Source of the DNA: Phoronis australis
Taxonomy: Eukaryota; Animalia; Phoronida
Assembly (NCBI GenBank): GCA_002633005.1
Contig: NMRA01000007.1
Span: 1,068,362 to 1,132,361, forward strand
Length of the DNA: 64,000 bases
Direction of reading: 5' to 3'
The notes below the pieces were generated by a model. It ran no database searches and had not been told where the DNA came from. It saw only the letters and a program-made list of their open reading frames with translations. Position 1 is the first letter of the stretch; each line of letters opens with the position of its first letter. Positions 36,070 through 49,083 of the stretch are shown in pieces. Position numbers and translations under genes: made by a program.

Positions 36070-36228
36070 CAGTGGCGGGATTTAGAGGGAGGGCCAAGGG
36101 GACCATGCCCCTCTAAAATTATCCCAGCTTCTATTTGGCAGTTCGGGGGTGCGAATGTCTGACGGACAAAGTGCTGGATAATACTCTGCCCTGCCCCCCC
36201 CCAACTCAAAATCACGGATCCGCCCTTG
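36070..36228 (+). mobile_element. ~160-bp CAGTGGCGG MITE (family also at 47712-47859 and ~55857-56013)
   Basis: Shared internal tttggcagtt(c/t)ggg/aggtgc..tctga..ctctgccct..aaaatca(c/t)ggatccgcc. Confidence 0.75.
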
Positions 36229-38635
36229 TTCCCTCAGTCCTTCTTGCTCGTGTATGAGTCTGTGAGGTAGGAATCCTAGCCTACACGGCGATGATTCGCT
36301 TGTTTCGAAGGCTAATTTTAGAGTATATGTGATGCAGGAGGAGATGGTGTAAATCCATGCATGTCGACCTTTTTGGTTGACTAACAAGCGAAAGTTGAAT
36401 TAGGTCTTCTACTCTCATAAAATCGGTTTCATGACATTCCTTACCGTTATTGAAGTTTATTTTCGTTAGCAATGACAAGAACATCGAAATCATCAGCAAC
36501 TCCAGAATTTACCGTTGTTTGCCAACTCTAAAATTGCGAATTCAGCGAAAACAGCGCATGTACTCATTGCCTGTGACTCGGATGAGCGTGGTAATGTTTT
36601 TAAATGCTCCCGGATTGAGATGTCAACATCATAATTGACAGGTAAATGCAGCAGTAGCGAAATGCCTCCTTAACATAACCCATGATTACGATAATTTGAT
36701 GCAGTGTATATATCTTTCGCTGCACCTTCTGAATAAATGTAGCTGACAGGGTGAAGCTGTATGAGTTTGTTAAGAAACCCTGAAATCGAGACCAATTTTT
36801 TAGAGGTAGCTGGCCTAGGTCAATACTCGTTTTTGACAGGAAGCACGCTTTAATATCAGAAAGTGTACAACTCAGCTCATCACTGAATATTTCCGGTTGT
36901 TAACATGTTCCTTTTTTGACAACGCCATGGTGGTTGGAATATCTCATGTACCAAGTTCGTTGACTCAGTCTATCGGATCTTCTCTGTAGGATGTCACAAT
37001 CTGACGGAGAGCCAATCTCTTGGTAACAAAGAAAGTCATAGTCTTACTTAAGAATCACTATAATTTGGCAGTAATCTTTGTCGCATACATATTTCATTGA
37101 AGACACGACTTGAGAATCTAAATGTTCTTAGACGTCATTGATGTGCACAGTGAAAAACAATAGGTCAATAGCTGTTCCTTGCAGCACCCTATAGGCTACA
37201 TCACTGGGATACCTATCCATTTGTGATCCAGCCTAATTGTTTACTAATGATACCGACGACTTCTTAATTCCATGATTCGCACACTATTTGAAACAACTAA
37301 AAGAATCAACTAGAACTGCTTCAGAAGCAGTGCAATCTCTCCAAGCCTCTAAATTCAAGCCAAAGGTGAATAGCTGTCACCCAAATTCAGCCATGACGTG
37401 TGCGTTCATAGCGTGTTCTGTGTATTCACACTTCCACCAATAGGTGGCAGCAAATGATGGTGATGCAAACCCTGTGATAGGCGCACAGCTAATCGGGCAA
37501 GATCGGTGAAACATGCGCCTCCAGTGTATGCGGTTATCGGCATTCTATCTTCGTTGGCAGGAGGGATTGATTAGAGACTGGATAGGACATATTTTTATCC
37601 CTTACACGTTGAATCAGTCAAATGCAATGCGGCCATGTAATAATGTTTTCCGTATTCACCTCTCGCACTACTTCAACAGTGACCTCTGACATGGAAAGTT
37701 CAAAAAGTAGGTCAATGTCGACTTGATGTCGTTAGCCGGTTCGATCATCAAAGTTTCCGAAAATAGTAATACAATTGCAGGAGTGTAAGTAACACTCAAC
37801 ATGCAACCAGGTCCCAATCGTAACAACTGGAACAGGACTGTTAATTATATGACAGTTCTGTCTCAGTTTTCAATAGCTAAATATTATATCGTCTGCAACT
37901 CGATCAGGCACCGATTCCTAGGTAACTACAATATCAAATATTGTTGTTATTTTTCAGGAGATGTTACAAGTTCAATGCACAGTTACCGTTGTGTTCATCT
38001 TTGTTATCTCTTTTCAGGTCATAAATCGTTACATTTAAAACTGTTTCTTTTACTACAGAAAACTTGGAACCTAACGCGCAAGTACATGTATATAGGATGT
38101 GAGACGCATCGTAAACAGTCGATGAGTGAAGTATTTAAAAAATCTGCGAAGAAAAAATGAAAGAAAGTTAGGAATTCAAAGCGTATGGGATAAATGCAAA
38201 ACGTACCTCGATTGGCGTACAAGAAGTATATCGCACTCGACATTATTATGCGGAATAATGTCGAGTGGGATATTACTTCGTCTACGCCACTATCGGTACG
38301 TTTTTTTCAGTGTATTTACTAAGTTAGTAATCCTGACGTCAGTTTTGTTGACTTCAGATTTCCCTTGGCGTCAAGCTAACTTGGTTCCCAGGGTTCACAT
38401 TCTGACGTCACTGATAACGTGCCCAACTAAACTGGAAAGTCTAGTGTGCAGCATACAAGGCGTCGAGCTCGTTGTCGGGCTCTGCAGTGATCAAGTGCGG
38501 TGGTACATACCACGTGGGTTGTGCTTCTTGACAATCCTCTTATGTAAGAGAGTCTGGTCGGCAGGTAAAAACTCATATTGATGAATATTGAAAATCGTCC
38601 TCATGTTTGTTCGAGCAAGCTCATGGAGAGGGTCA

Positions 38636-39345
38636 TTTTTATGCGCCCACATTTATGTGTGGACGCATTATGCCGTCATCTCCGTCCGTCCGTCCGTCCG
38701 TCCGTCCGTCCGGGCGGCGTCTGGCGTCCGCTGCTTTATCTCCAAAACCCTTTGACATAGGTTCATGAAATTTGGCACATATGTTCCATTCATGAATGGG
38801 ACGGCATGTGCAAACTTTCGGACGAATCCGACTACCGGTGTGCCCCTTAGTGGCAATTTTAGTTTTTTACGCTTACCTTTGTATCTTCAAAAGTCCTGAA
38901 CGGATTTTCATGAAATTTGGTATGTAGGCACCTATTAGTGAGATGACGCTATCCTCCCGTTTTCAGATGGATTCGACATAGTTTGCGCCACCTGGTGGCC
39001 ATTTTTACTGTTTTTGAGTCTGTTTTTTGGCGTCCACCCCTCTATCAACCAAACCGCTCTAAGTATGATTGTGAAAATTGGCATGTATGTTCTTACTATG
39101 AAGAGGACGGTTGACGCTGAATTTCCCATGACTTTGATTACTGTGGCGCCTCCTAGTGGGATTTTTTTTTGCGCCCATGGCTGTATCTCCCAAACCGTTT
39201 GCAGGATCTTTACTAAATTTAGCAAGTGTATTTATGTGATGTTGACAACGGACGATGACGACTTTAGGATGATTCTGACTACCGGTATGCCTCTAGTGGC
39301 AATTTTAGTATTTTACATTGACCTCTGTATTTTCATAGGTCTTCA
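38636..39345 (+). mobile_element. Helentron-associated/DINE-1-like non-autonomous element
   Basis: T-run, short 5' hairpin tgcgcccac..gtggacgca, (ccgt)n microsatellite, then tandem core repeats with ttcatgaaatttgg. Confidence 0.75.
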
Positions 39346-39719
39346 GGTATATACTTTGTGTTACTTCGTGACTATGAAGGAAAAGTTCCAAGTAGAAATT
39401 TGTTTCTGGCATTCTAATGCTGTGCTAATCTCGTATGTTGGTAAATTTGTTTTTAATTCTATGTTTCTGTGGTGCTTTAAGCAGCTGATGTATAGGATGT
39501 GCTTGTATTATGAAGATCACTCACATTTTGCCCCTAGCCTATTGAGGAGACAATGACCATGCCTTTCCATTTTGCAAAGTACAACATACTACATATATGC
39601 CCTCTACTGGCCACTTTATGGTACCAATAAACAACCCTAGAAGGATACCGTATACGGTGCAATTGTGGGTGCATTTCAACGCTCTGCGTTGCTCTTGTAT
39701 TCACTGGTAGTCTTTCAGC

Positions 39720-39875
39720 CAGTGCTTTAGTGGGGCGTAGGCGCACGTAGGCGCAGCCAACCACCTTTTGGCATTTGAACGTAGCGCCTACGCACCGTAA
39801 GTTACGTGCAGTGCTCAAGGTGATACGGTGGGCTTTGGGCGCCTACTTACCTCTAATTTTACCACTACAGCACTG
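39720..39875 (+). mobile_element. hAT MITE, deletion derivative of 23826-25481
   Basis: TIRs cagtgctttagtgg / ccactacagcactg; perfect 8-bp TSD ctttcagc; both halves match the ends of 23826-25481. Confidence 0.9.
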
Positions 39876-40164
39876 CTTTCAGCGTTTTAGACTGTGATGA
39901 TAGGTACATCGACGTAGAAAAATCAGAGATGTCATCCACAACAGGTGTCACACTACCTCTATTGGTAGGGGCAGATGTTTAGAATTACCTCTGCATTTAC
40001 AACCGGGTTCCTCATCAGCAATCTGCATAACTAGGTTACTCCTGATGGTCATTTGTCCATGAAAGACAAAGTCTCAATACCAAAAAATTTATATCTGCTT
40101 GTGCTCAGATAACAATTTTTACACATTTCACTTGTTTTTCACAACATACCAGCTTTTAAACTAC

Positions 40165-40232
40165 GCCTCAACCTTCACAGCCAGGCTCAGCTCAGTTTCG
40201 CCTCAACCTTCACAGCCAGGCTCAGCTCAGTT
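40165..40232. repeat. ~34-bp tandem duplication
   Basis: cgcctcaaccttcacagccaggctcagctcagttt x2. Confidence 0.9.
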
Positions 40233-40529
40233 TATATCATAATCTACATCGCCTGAGTATCTTAATTTCTTTGTTGTTATTTCTTGCCAAGCTGCCCGCT
40301 GGACGGTTTGGATTTGGTTGACGTTTGCTCTGTGACTACCAAAGAGTATGTAATATCTAGCGTAGCGTCGGGGTGTATGGAGTTTACCATACTGTAATGA
40401 AAAATTGCCGGCACTGACCGGCAGACTCTTGAAAAGAGTTAGGCCTTTTGTCAGCGTTTGGAGCCGATGGTCAGATAGGCAGCATTAAAAATTTGGTCGA
40501 TCTGGCGTCAGCTCGCCTGCTGCTATATA

Positions 40530-43392
40530 TACCCATGGGTTGGTTTCAATTCGGGAAATTACGACCTGAATACGATGAAGAAGCAATTTTTTCCAATACT
40601 TTTATCCATGCAAGAATTGAGGTTCGTGATTAAGCGCAACAATAATTTTTTGTGCTTAACAACGGACCGACTTAAATTTCTCGACATTGTCAATTACTTG
40701 GCCCCGGGTTGTAGCTACGCAAAATTTTTGAAGGCGTACGAGACGACCGAAGAGAAAGGTTTCTTTCCCTACGAGTACGTAGACAACTTGGGTAAATTAG
40801 AGGAAACGGTTCTACCACCGCAAACGGCTTTTTACAGCAATTTGAAAGGGGAGGGGATAACCGACGACGATTACGCCCTCTGTCAGAGGGCATGGAAAGA
40901 CAACAACATGAAGAGTCTGAAAGATTTTTTGGTACGGTACAATAACAAAGACACCGGACCCATGCTGGAAGCCGTCGATACCATGGCGGCATTCTACAGG
41001 GAAAAGGGCGTCGACCTCTTCACGGATGGCACAAGCGTACCCGGACTGACCATGAAGATTCTCTTCAAAAATGTCGGTAACGTATTCTTTACGCTCTTTG
41101 AGGAAAAACACAAAGATTTATATTATACCTTTAAACAGAATATCGTAGGAGGTTCTAATATTGTTTTCCACAGATACCACGAAAAGGGAAAGACGTTTAT
41201 ACGCCAGAGGGAGATGGAGAAAGCGGGAAAAATACCAAAGACGGTGTAAAAGATTCTGGGTTTCGATGTAAATGCTCTTTACCTTCGTAGCATCATGAAC
41301 GAGCAACCGACCGGACCGTTTATTCGTCGTAGGCAAGAAAATAATTTCTAACGAGAATTTTCCCACCCTAGGGTGCGAAAGGCAACGGCTTGGTTGGATT
41401 ACGTAGCGTGGCAACGAGGAATTAGTATCCGACATCAGTTCAACGGGGTTGAAAAAGGGTGGGTCAGCGTCGTATTCCAGTGGACGGTTTCTGTCGTCAG
41501 TCGCACAAAGTGTTCCAATTCCAAGGATGTTACTGGCACGGCCACGACTGTCGTCTCACGAAAAATGACGACGGGACTCCGAGGACAAGGAACGAAACTC
41601 GAAACGTCGCCATGAGTGAGCTTATGGAAAACACCAAAAAATTAGAGATTACATCATCGATCAAGGCTTTGATTACGAAGAGATTTGGGAATGCGAATTT
41701 GAGGATTTGAAACTTCAAGACGATACCCTANAAGACGGTAAGGAATCAAGAAAGACATCGTGACGTAAAGAATTGCGGAGAGGCTAAGGCTCGACGGGAA
41801 GTCCAATTCCCGGAATTTAGACACGTCAACTACATCGGGGACGGAACCTACGAATTGGAGATGAAAAGAAGACCATCCGCCTGAACCTGCCGCTTCAAAT
41901 AGGCTTTTTCGTTTATCAGTTCGCAAAGTTGCGTATGTTGGAGTTTTATTACGACTTCATGTTTGTAACATTTTTGATGAAAAATGTTAGAATTATGTAA
42001 CGATTTATTATAAATCGATGATTAAATTTATGAACAAATGTGTTAATTAATATCAGTTAACTATTTTGAAAGTCACAAATATTTTAGAACAGGACTTGTT
42101 ATCGTAAACAACTTGTTGTGGTAAACTTGAGTATTGCGCAATTTCTTCAGAAAAGCTTTAGTTCTGTTAAGTTCTCAGTGCAGTTCTGACAAACAGGATA
42201 TGGTCATCAAAACATGTTTTGGAGTGGTCAACTTTAGGTGGGTTGATTCTAAGGAACACCCATACCGATGTACTTACGCCTTGACCAGTGTCCATGTGAT
42301 GTTTAGTAATATCTTAGAGTATAAATATTTCTGGAGCAAACAGAAGCGTCATTCTCAAAAGAAAAAGTTAGGAGACAAGGAAGCTCAGTAACTTTGGAGA
42401 ATCAAGTATTTTAGGCAGTCTGTAGAGTTTCAAGAAGTGTATTCAGTCACTGACAAGGATCATACTGATACACAAAACAAGAATGGGATGTTCATGCGTG
42501 GATAAGATCAAAGGTAGCAATTTCCGTAAGTCTCATTAGAGTTTATGAGCTATGAAATATTCTAAGATATAATGTGTTTTAAGATAAATGTTGGTTTGGT
42601 AAATGTGATTTAAAGTTCATATGCCGATTCAGTTAGATTTGAGTAATTTTGACTAGTTTCTTAGAGTGTCTATTGTTAACAGTTTAATTTAGGTTCGGTT
42701 TTATATAATATTGTCATGTATTTAGAGTATTTTGTGTATTTTCATACTAGATTTACAGTTCTCACACGGTTCTCACATAGTTCTCACACGGATCTCACAA
42801 GGATTCAAGGTTTTCACTGAGGTTCCAAGTGGAATTACTAAATAAAATCATCTCGTCAAACTCGGACTTTGATTTTGTCTGTCCAACGCAGAACATTACA
42901 ATGTTAAGATTCGTCGACAGGTCCGACATCAAATATTGCGAAATGGACACGGACTCGGCGTACATGGCTATATCCGGTAACTGTCTTGAGGACGTAATTA
43001 AACCAGACATGCGAGCAGCTTTCGAGAGGGAAAAAACATCTTTGGTTTCCGCGAACGGACACGGAAGAAAACGAAGCTTACGACACGCGCACACCCGACT
43101 TATTGAAACTGGAATTTGAAGGGGACTACTGCATCGCCCTTTGCTCTAAAACCTGAGGGCGGACGACGGTCAATCCCATTTTAGCTGTAAAGGAGTGCAA
43201 AGACAAAGAAATGCAATCGACAAGGCGAGGTATCTCAAAGTATTACAGACCACAAAGAGTAGCTCGGCCCTCAACAAAGGATTCCGGTTAGGCGGTGATA
43301 ACACTATGCAAGAGAGGTGCGCGTTCACCTACTTTTATTCCAAACGACAAGTGTTCGACGACGGCGTCACCACTGGACCTTTGAACATTTAA
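40530..43392 (+). pseudogene. Protein-primed family B DNA polymerase relic of Polinton/Maverick (adintovirus-like) type, split by a solo LTR
   Basis: GFNSGNYD (ExoII), KFLDIVNYL, KGFFPYEY, YNNKD (ExoIII), IVGG, GFDVNALY (motif A), VDGF..FQFQGCYWHGH (VSR-like insert), LRMLEFYYDF, EMDTDS (motif C), ALCSKT, CKGV; stops, frameshifts and a missing motif B. Confidence 0.9.
41964..42900 (+). mobile_element. Solo LTR, 937 bp
   Basis: TGTAA...TTACA termini; 5-bp TSD atgtt at 41959-41963 and 42901-42905; AATAAA at 42841; removing it restores FYYDFMLRFVDRSD. Confidence 0.92.
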
Positions 43393-43969
43393 TTCGGACA
43401 TTTGATAAATTTGCTATAGACTACTTTTCTGAATGTTTTGATGATTTTATATTCGAATGATGATTTTTGTAGTGTTGGTTTGTCATTAATACACGTTTAA
43501 ACGCTATCAGTTTTATGTTCTGTGTTAGCTGGTCGCTTCTTATTATTATGAGTACGATTCGCTTATAGTACCGTCGGGGCCTGGGTTAGACTTTACGCGA
43601 CATCTGTTGTTGAGTTGGGTGGTTATCCCCTTTTGTATACGCCTTTGTTTTTGATGAGACAGAACACACAATATACAACGACGACACTCGGGGGACAAAG
43701 TTTTGTTCTTATTCAGCATCCCTCTTTTGTTTCGATTCTCGATCCGTTGCTAGGAGCCGCAAAACTGGCATCGAGGTGCCTCTCTAACGGGTCCAATTAA
43801 ACCTATTACGTCATGAGGTGTAACGTCATTGACACATCCGTCTGGTAGGAGGATGGTGTCCCTTACAAATGTAGTTATCCCACGTGACATTTGACCTTTT
43901 CCTTTCACATAGATGACCTTTCACCGAGGAGCCGCAAAACGGGGCGTCTAAACCTCTTACTATACTACT
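43393..43969 (+). mobile_element. Probable Polinton terminal region ending in ACTACT
   Basis: ...tactatactact at 43958-43969 (reverse complement AGTAGT, the typical Polinton end); internal repeat aggagccgcaaaac at ~43751 and ~43927. Confidence 0.55.
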
Positions 43970-44284
43970 AGTTAATAACTTTGTGTTCAACAAAACCCGT
44001 TGTGTTTTTGTGATTTTATTTCAAATCACTGAGTTTTCACCGTTGACTGTCAGACATTCGCTAGAATCAAGGCCAGTGATTTCAGTCAAAAACTCTTAAA
44101 ATATTCTGCCGTTTATCTCGTGCGGTTTAGCTCCGCGACCACGGAAGTTCCAAGTTCGATGAGGCTGATTTCAGAAAATCACTTTTCTCACAGATAACGT
44201 TACTTCAAGAATTAGACGGATTAACCTACAGCCTTTCATTTTGAACGAACTTTTTTGCCCTGGGTTATTTTTAGGTTGTATCCT

Positions 44285-44515
44285 CAGTGGCAGATCTACG
44301 TTTTCAGTAAGGGGGGTTAGGATTCGCGCAAATCCGAGGCGCATAGCGCCCAGCGGAGGGAAGGTCGGGAAGGGGTTTCTCCCCTACCGTGTAATATTTT
44401 TGTTTTTTGTAGCTGATTTCGTTTTCCTGTCGACATTTTTTAAAATTTTTATTTTTAACCCTGTCCCAAGAGGGGGGTTTGAACCCCCTGAACACCCCCC
44501 GTAGATCCGCCTCTG
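44285..44515 (-). mobile_element. 231-bp MITE derivative of the 12997-14889 hAT element (inverted)
   Basis: cagtggcagatctacgttttca...cccctaccgtgtaa matches the reverse complement of 14750-14889; other end cccccgtagatccgcctctg. Confidence 0.85.
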
Positions 44516-46384
44516 GAATCCTGACCTGTCTTGCTATAAGCAGCTGTAACAGAGTCAATGCTATTCATTAGACATAAGTTATGACACTGTACACACAACC
44601 TGTCTGTAAAGAAGGATGCTTGTAAGTAAACAAAATAAATTGGTCATGTTGATAATGAGCCCCGTTGGATTCTCTCTGAGGCTGCCCGTAATGAGACATC
44701 CTTGTGTGCAGTAGGAAATCCCTGAGACTTGAGAATCTTTGCTTACGGTGAGAGGAGTGAGAAAACGGAAGTCATGATTGATTTAACAGTACGAGTTCCC
44801 GGTTTCAGAGAAATGGGTTAAAATGAAATGTCAATGTAAAGAGAGGATTTCAGTGAATCCCGTTTCTATAAATATTAGCAGAGAATAAGTTTGAAATGCT
44901 TGGAAAATTGTTGTCATTTTGTGATCAAGTACAGCTGCTACGCCTGTCATGTATCGGAAAAGCTACGCCTTTTCCAATCTCCAGGATTTATATATTTTGT
45001 TTATCGTCATTTAAGATTAAAATTGGGCTTCGTCCCAAGCAGTCGAATGACATGATACTAAATACAAAATGTCTCTAAATCAAAACGGGACTGGGTGATT
45101 TGACGGAAATCATTTTTTCAGCGATCGTCTTACTAGGCATGATGGATCAGAAGAGCACCTACTTCTCAGTGGAAGTTCAAAATAGAAGCATTTCCTTCCA
45201 CTTGTGAACTCCCTGCCTAAATCTGACACAAATTCTGATTGAAGCTTTAAAATAAAACGGTCTTTTCAAGAAACATTCCTGTCTCTTGCGATGAACACTA
45301 ATGCTTACTTGCAGGTGTAGCTATTTGCCCTCAACATTTCCCAAAGCACCGGTTGCAGCTAGTTTCTCTATAACGCATAGTGGCAACTGTGATGCTCGTT
45401 CTGGATTGTACAGAAAAGCAATTTTTGGGCAACTTAAATCATTCTTTCCAAACGCTGAAATTGCTCCCAGAGTGTATTTGTGTATATGGTGACAAACTCT
45501 ACAGGAGAACGTACGTAGTTTCGTTTTTTGGTCTGAAACTTGAGTAAAAATACATTCGCAATACAATTAGGGCAACAGTGTTTAAACCGACTCGTACGTA
45601 TAGAAAAGGAAATTCTGGAATCTGTTGACTTCAAGTTGATTCTGTTATTAAGCACTCTCTGAAAAGAAAGTTCGCTACTGCTTGCGTTGAATACACATAT
45701 GTATGTATTTATTTATTTATTGTACACATGGCCATCGACCCAAAGGACAACATATAAACAAGTTCATTGTAGCGCTAAACACACTAGTCAGAAATACACA
45801 AGCTGTTCCATTTTTAGATGCGTAGTATACATATTTAACAACTGAGGTAACAAGATTACGTAACAATCTACGAAATTTGAACAGAATGGGACTTGTCCAG
45901 AGGCTCTCATTTAGAAACTTAGCCCTCATTTCAGAAACAGCTCTCGAGTAAGGAAAAAATAAATTCTCATCTCCTTTCCCAGCCACTGTACAATGGATAA
46001 TCTCACTCGTTATTTAACAAAAGGACGACTTACTGGCCACCTTTGGGCACTATTCTAAACTTCAGAATAATAGATCTCGGATAAGACTCCGCCGATTTTA
46101 ATCGCGTTTGAATTTTGTAGCAGTATAATGTCTTGACGTAAAAAACTCCGATGTTTCTTGAGCTTTCTTTATTTTTGTATTTAATTTAAAACCAAGAGTC
46201 TCATTATTCTTAGAAAAGTGCTGAGCATTGAACGTATTTTGCGATATTTTAAAAAAGCATCGGTTCTAGTTACATAAAATCCGAGACACGGCGAAAGTTT
46301 TCATGCAAAAGCAACGTGGAGCGTTGAAATGTGCCCACGAATGCAACGCAAATGGTGTGCTTTTACGGTCGCTTATTTGTATCA

Positions 46385-47610
46385 TAAAGATGGCCACTAT
46401 AGATGGAGCAAAAACGCCCACTTCATTCGAAAACGGGAACATCATTGCTTCTTTAATAGAAAGCTATTCACCAAATTTCCTCAAAATCTGTCAATGAACT
46501 TCAGAGAAACAAAGGAAAACGGAATAAAATGAAATTGCCACTAGGGGGCACAGCGTTCGTTGGATCCACCTGAAAGTCGTCGTTGTCTATTGTTAGCTTC
46601 ATATAAATACACTTACTAAATTTAATAAAGATCCTGCAGTGGCTTTAGAAGATACAGCTATGGGCGCAAAACAAAACTACCCCTAGGAGACGCCACAGTA
46701 GTCAAAGTCGTCATCGTCAACCGTCCTCTTAACACTGAGAACAAACACGCCAATTTTCAAAACCATCCTTAGAATGGTTTGGTTAATGGAGTGGTGGATG
46801 CTAAAAACCGACTCGAAAACCGCAAAAATGGCCACTAGGTGGCGCAAAATACCTCGATTCCATCAAAGATAGCGTCATTTCACCAATAGAAGGCTATACT
46901 CAAAATTTTATGAAAATCCGTTGAAGACCTTTGAAGATACGGAGGTAAACGTAAAAAAATAAAATTGCCACTAGAGGGCACACCGATAGTCATATCCGTC
47001 CGAAAGTTGTCGTCGTCCGTTGTCAACAACATATAAATACCCTTGATAAATTAAGTAAAGATCCTGCAAACAGTCACAGGTGCAAAAAGAACAAAACTGC
47101 CACTAGGAGGTGCCACATTAGTCGGAAGTCGCCGGAAAATCATCGTCAGCCGTCCTCTTTATAGTAAGAACATACATGCCAATTTTCACAATCATCCTTA
47201 GAGCAGTTTGTTTGATAGAGAGGTGGACGCCAAAAAACATATTCGAAAACCGTAAAAACGGCCACTGAGTTGGCGCAAACTACGTCGAATACATTCGAAA
47301 ACGGGAGGAAAGCGTCATCTCACTAATAGATGCCTATATACCAAATTTTATGAAAATGCGTTGAGGATCTTTAAAGATACAGAGGAAAACATGAAAAACT
47401 AAAATTACCACTAGGGGGCAAACCGGTAGTCGGATCCGTCCGAAAGTTCGCTCATGCCGTTCCATTCATAAAAGGAACACATGTGCAAAATTTCATGAAC
47501 ATACGTCAAGGGTTTTGGAGATAGAGCAGCGGACGCCGGACGCCGGCGGACGGACGGAGATGACGGAATAATGCGCCCATGCACATATAAATATGTGGGC
47601 ACATAATAAA
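46385..47610 (-). mobile_element. Helentron/DINE-1-like element, longer inverted copy of 38636-39345
   Basis: Reverse complement of 47610-47400 aligns to 38636-38870; several tandem internal core repeats. Confidence 0.8.
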
Positions 47611-47711
47611 TGCAGAAACTTCGATGAATGCCGGTGACGGAAATTTCCCTATCATTGTATCTTTCAAACAATGACATTTTGCAAGGAATGCGTAGTCACA
47701 TGACCACAGTG

Positions 47712-47859
47712 CAGGGGCGGATCCAGGATTTTGAGGAGTTAGGAGGGGGGACAGGGCAGAGTTGCCCATCAGACATTCGCACCCTCGAACTGCCAAATGG
47801 AATCGGGGAGAATGTTAGGGGGGCCATGGCCCCCTTGGCCCCCTCTAAATCCGCCACAG
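47712..47859 (-). mobile_element. MITE of the 36070 family
   Basis: caggggcggat...aatccgccacag; flanks cacagtg / cacggtg. Confidence 0.75.
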
Positions 47860-49083
47860 CACGGTGTGAATAGCATACATATAGATTTTTATTGATTTCT
47901 AGTTTCAGAAAATAATATAGACTTTTATGAATTGACAGTCGCTAGTTACTTAGATTTTTAAGAAAAAGATACTAGTTTAATTAGAGGTATATCTGACCTT
48001 AACCAGAATCGCATTATGCAATATATCAATATCTTTGGTAAGTATTTTTAAAGGGATACACGAGAGATACTAGTGGTGTTTTTGTAAATTTTATGTTTAG
48101 ACTTTGGAATAAATCTGTTTACACTTCAGGAGGAATTGGATGAACGACCAGTTCTTCGCATATACTTTCAATTCTTCTTGTTCAAATTTAACTAGTTTCA
48201 AGGTTTGCGGTATTGAATATCCAATATTTTCCATTGCAACATCTTTCACTCCGAACGAAATGTGTTATGAACCTCCTTCCACATAAATGGATTTCTTGTT
48301 GACCATTTTGAAAAACAATTATTCAAGAACACTTGCACTCCCATACCTAACGACGTCGTATAGAGGTCGCAAGGTATTGTTTAACTTGCGACATTCATGC
48401 GACGGGCGTCAGCATGGTTATCACCTATGGGACACTACTATTGTTTTCCTTTGTTGGATATTACAATACAGGTAGCATAGATATGGTACGTTGGTGCACA
48501 TCAGTCGGTTACCGATGAACGCTTGCCGTTATTCTTATTATAACAATGACAAACAAAGTGGCCAATGAATACGTCAATCTACCGATCTCTATGCGACCAG
48601 CTTGCGACCTAGTTTCCCATACAAGTGCAAACGCTCAGACAATAGAACAAAATAATCAAAGCTTCGTTAATAGATTTTTGTCATATTATAACTTGTTTTT
48701 CGATGGAACGGTGAGCTTCTTCCACTCTGTAAGTTTTGAGACCCTCTGTAAACTGATGGGCCCAGAGAGGTGTCCGGTTCCACGTAAATGTACACGTATG
48801 CACTTTTGATTTGTTCAGAAAATAACATTATGAATACCCCGTTTGAAATCCTCGATCGACCCACCTGCGTAATAAGAACATTAGTAGTCACAAACAACCC
48901 CTCCATGCAAGCCCCTTTTTGTCCAACATTAGCTTCCAAAGCAGGAATTGAGAAAAGACTTAATACGAAAAAGGTTGTTTGAAAACCATTCGATTGATTT
49001 TTTCTTTGTTATATACGAGTAGCTTACATGTAGCGACCACTGCCGGATGAATTTCCTGTTTTCACCCTTCATTTATTCAGTCT

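Noticed and set aside
39014-39556. 180-aa ORF as a gene
   Set aside because: It lies largely within the Helentron/DINE-like repeat and shows no recognisable domain.
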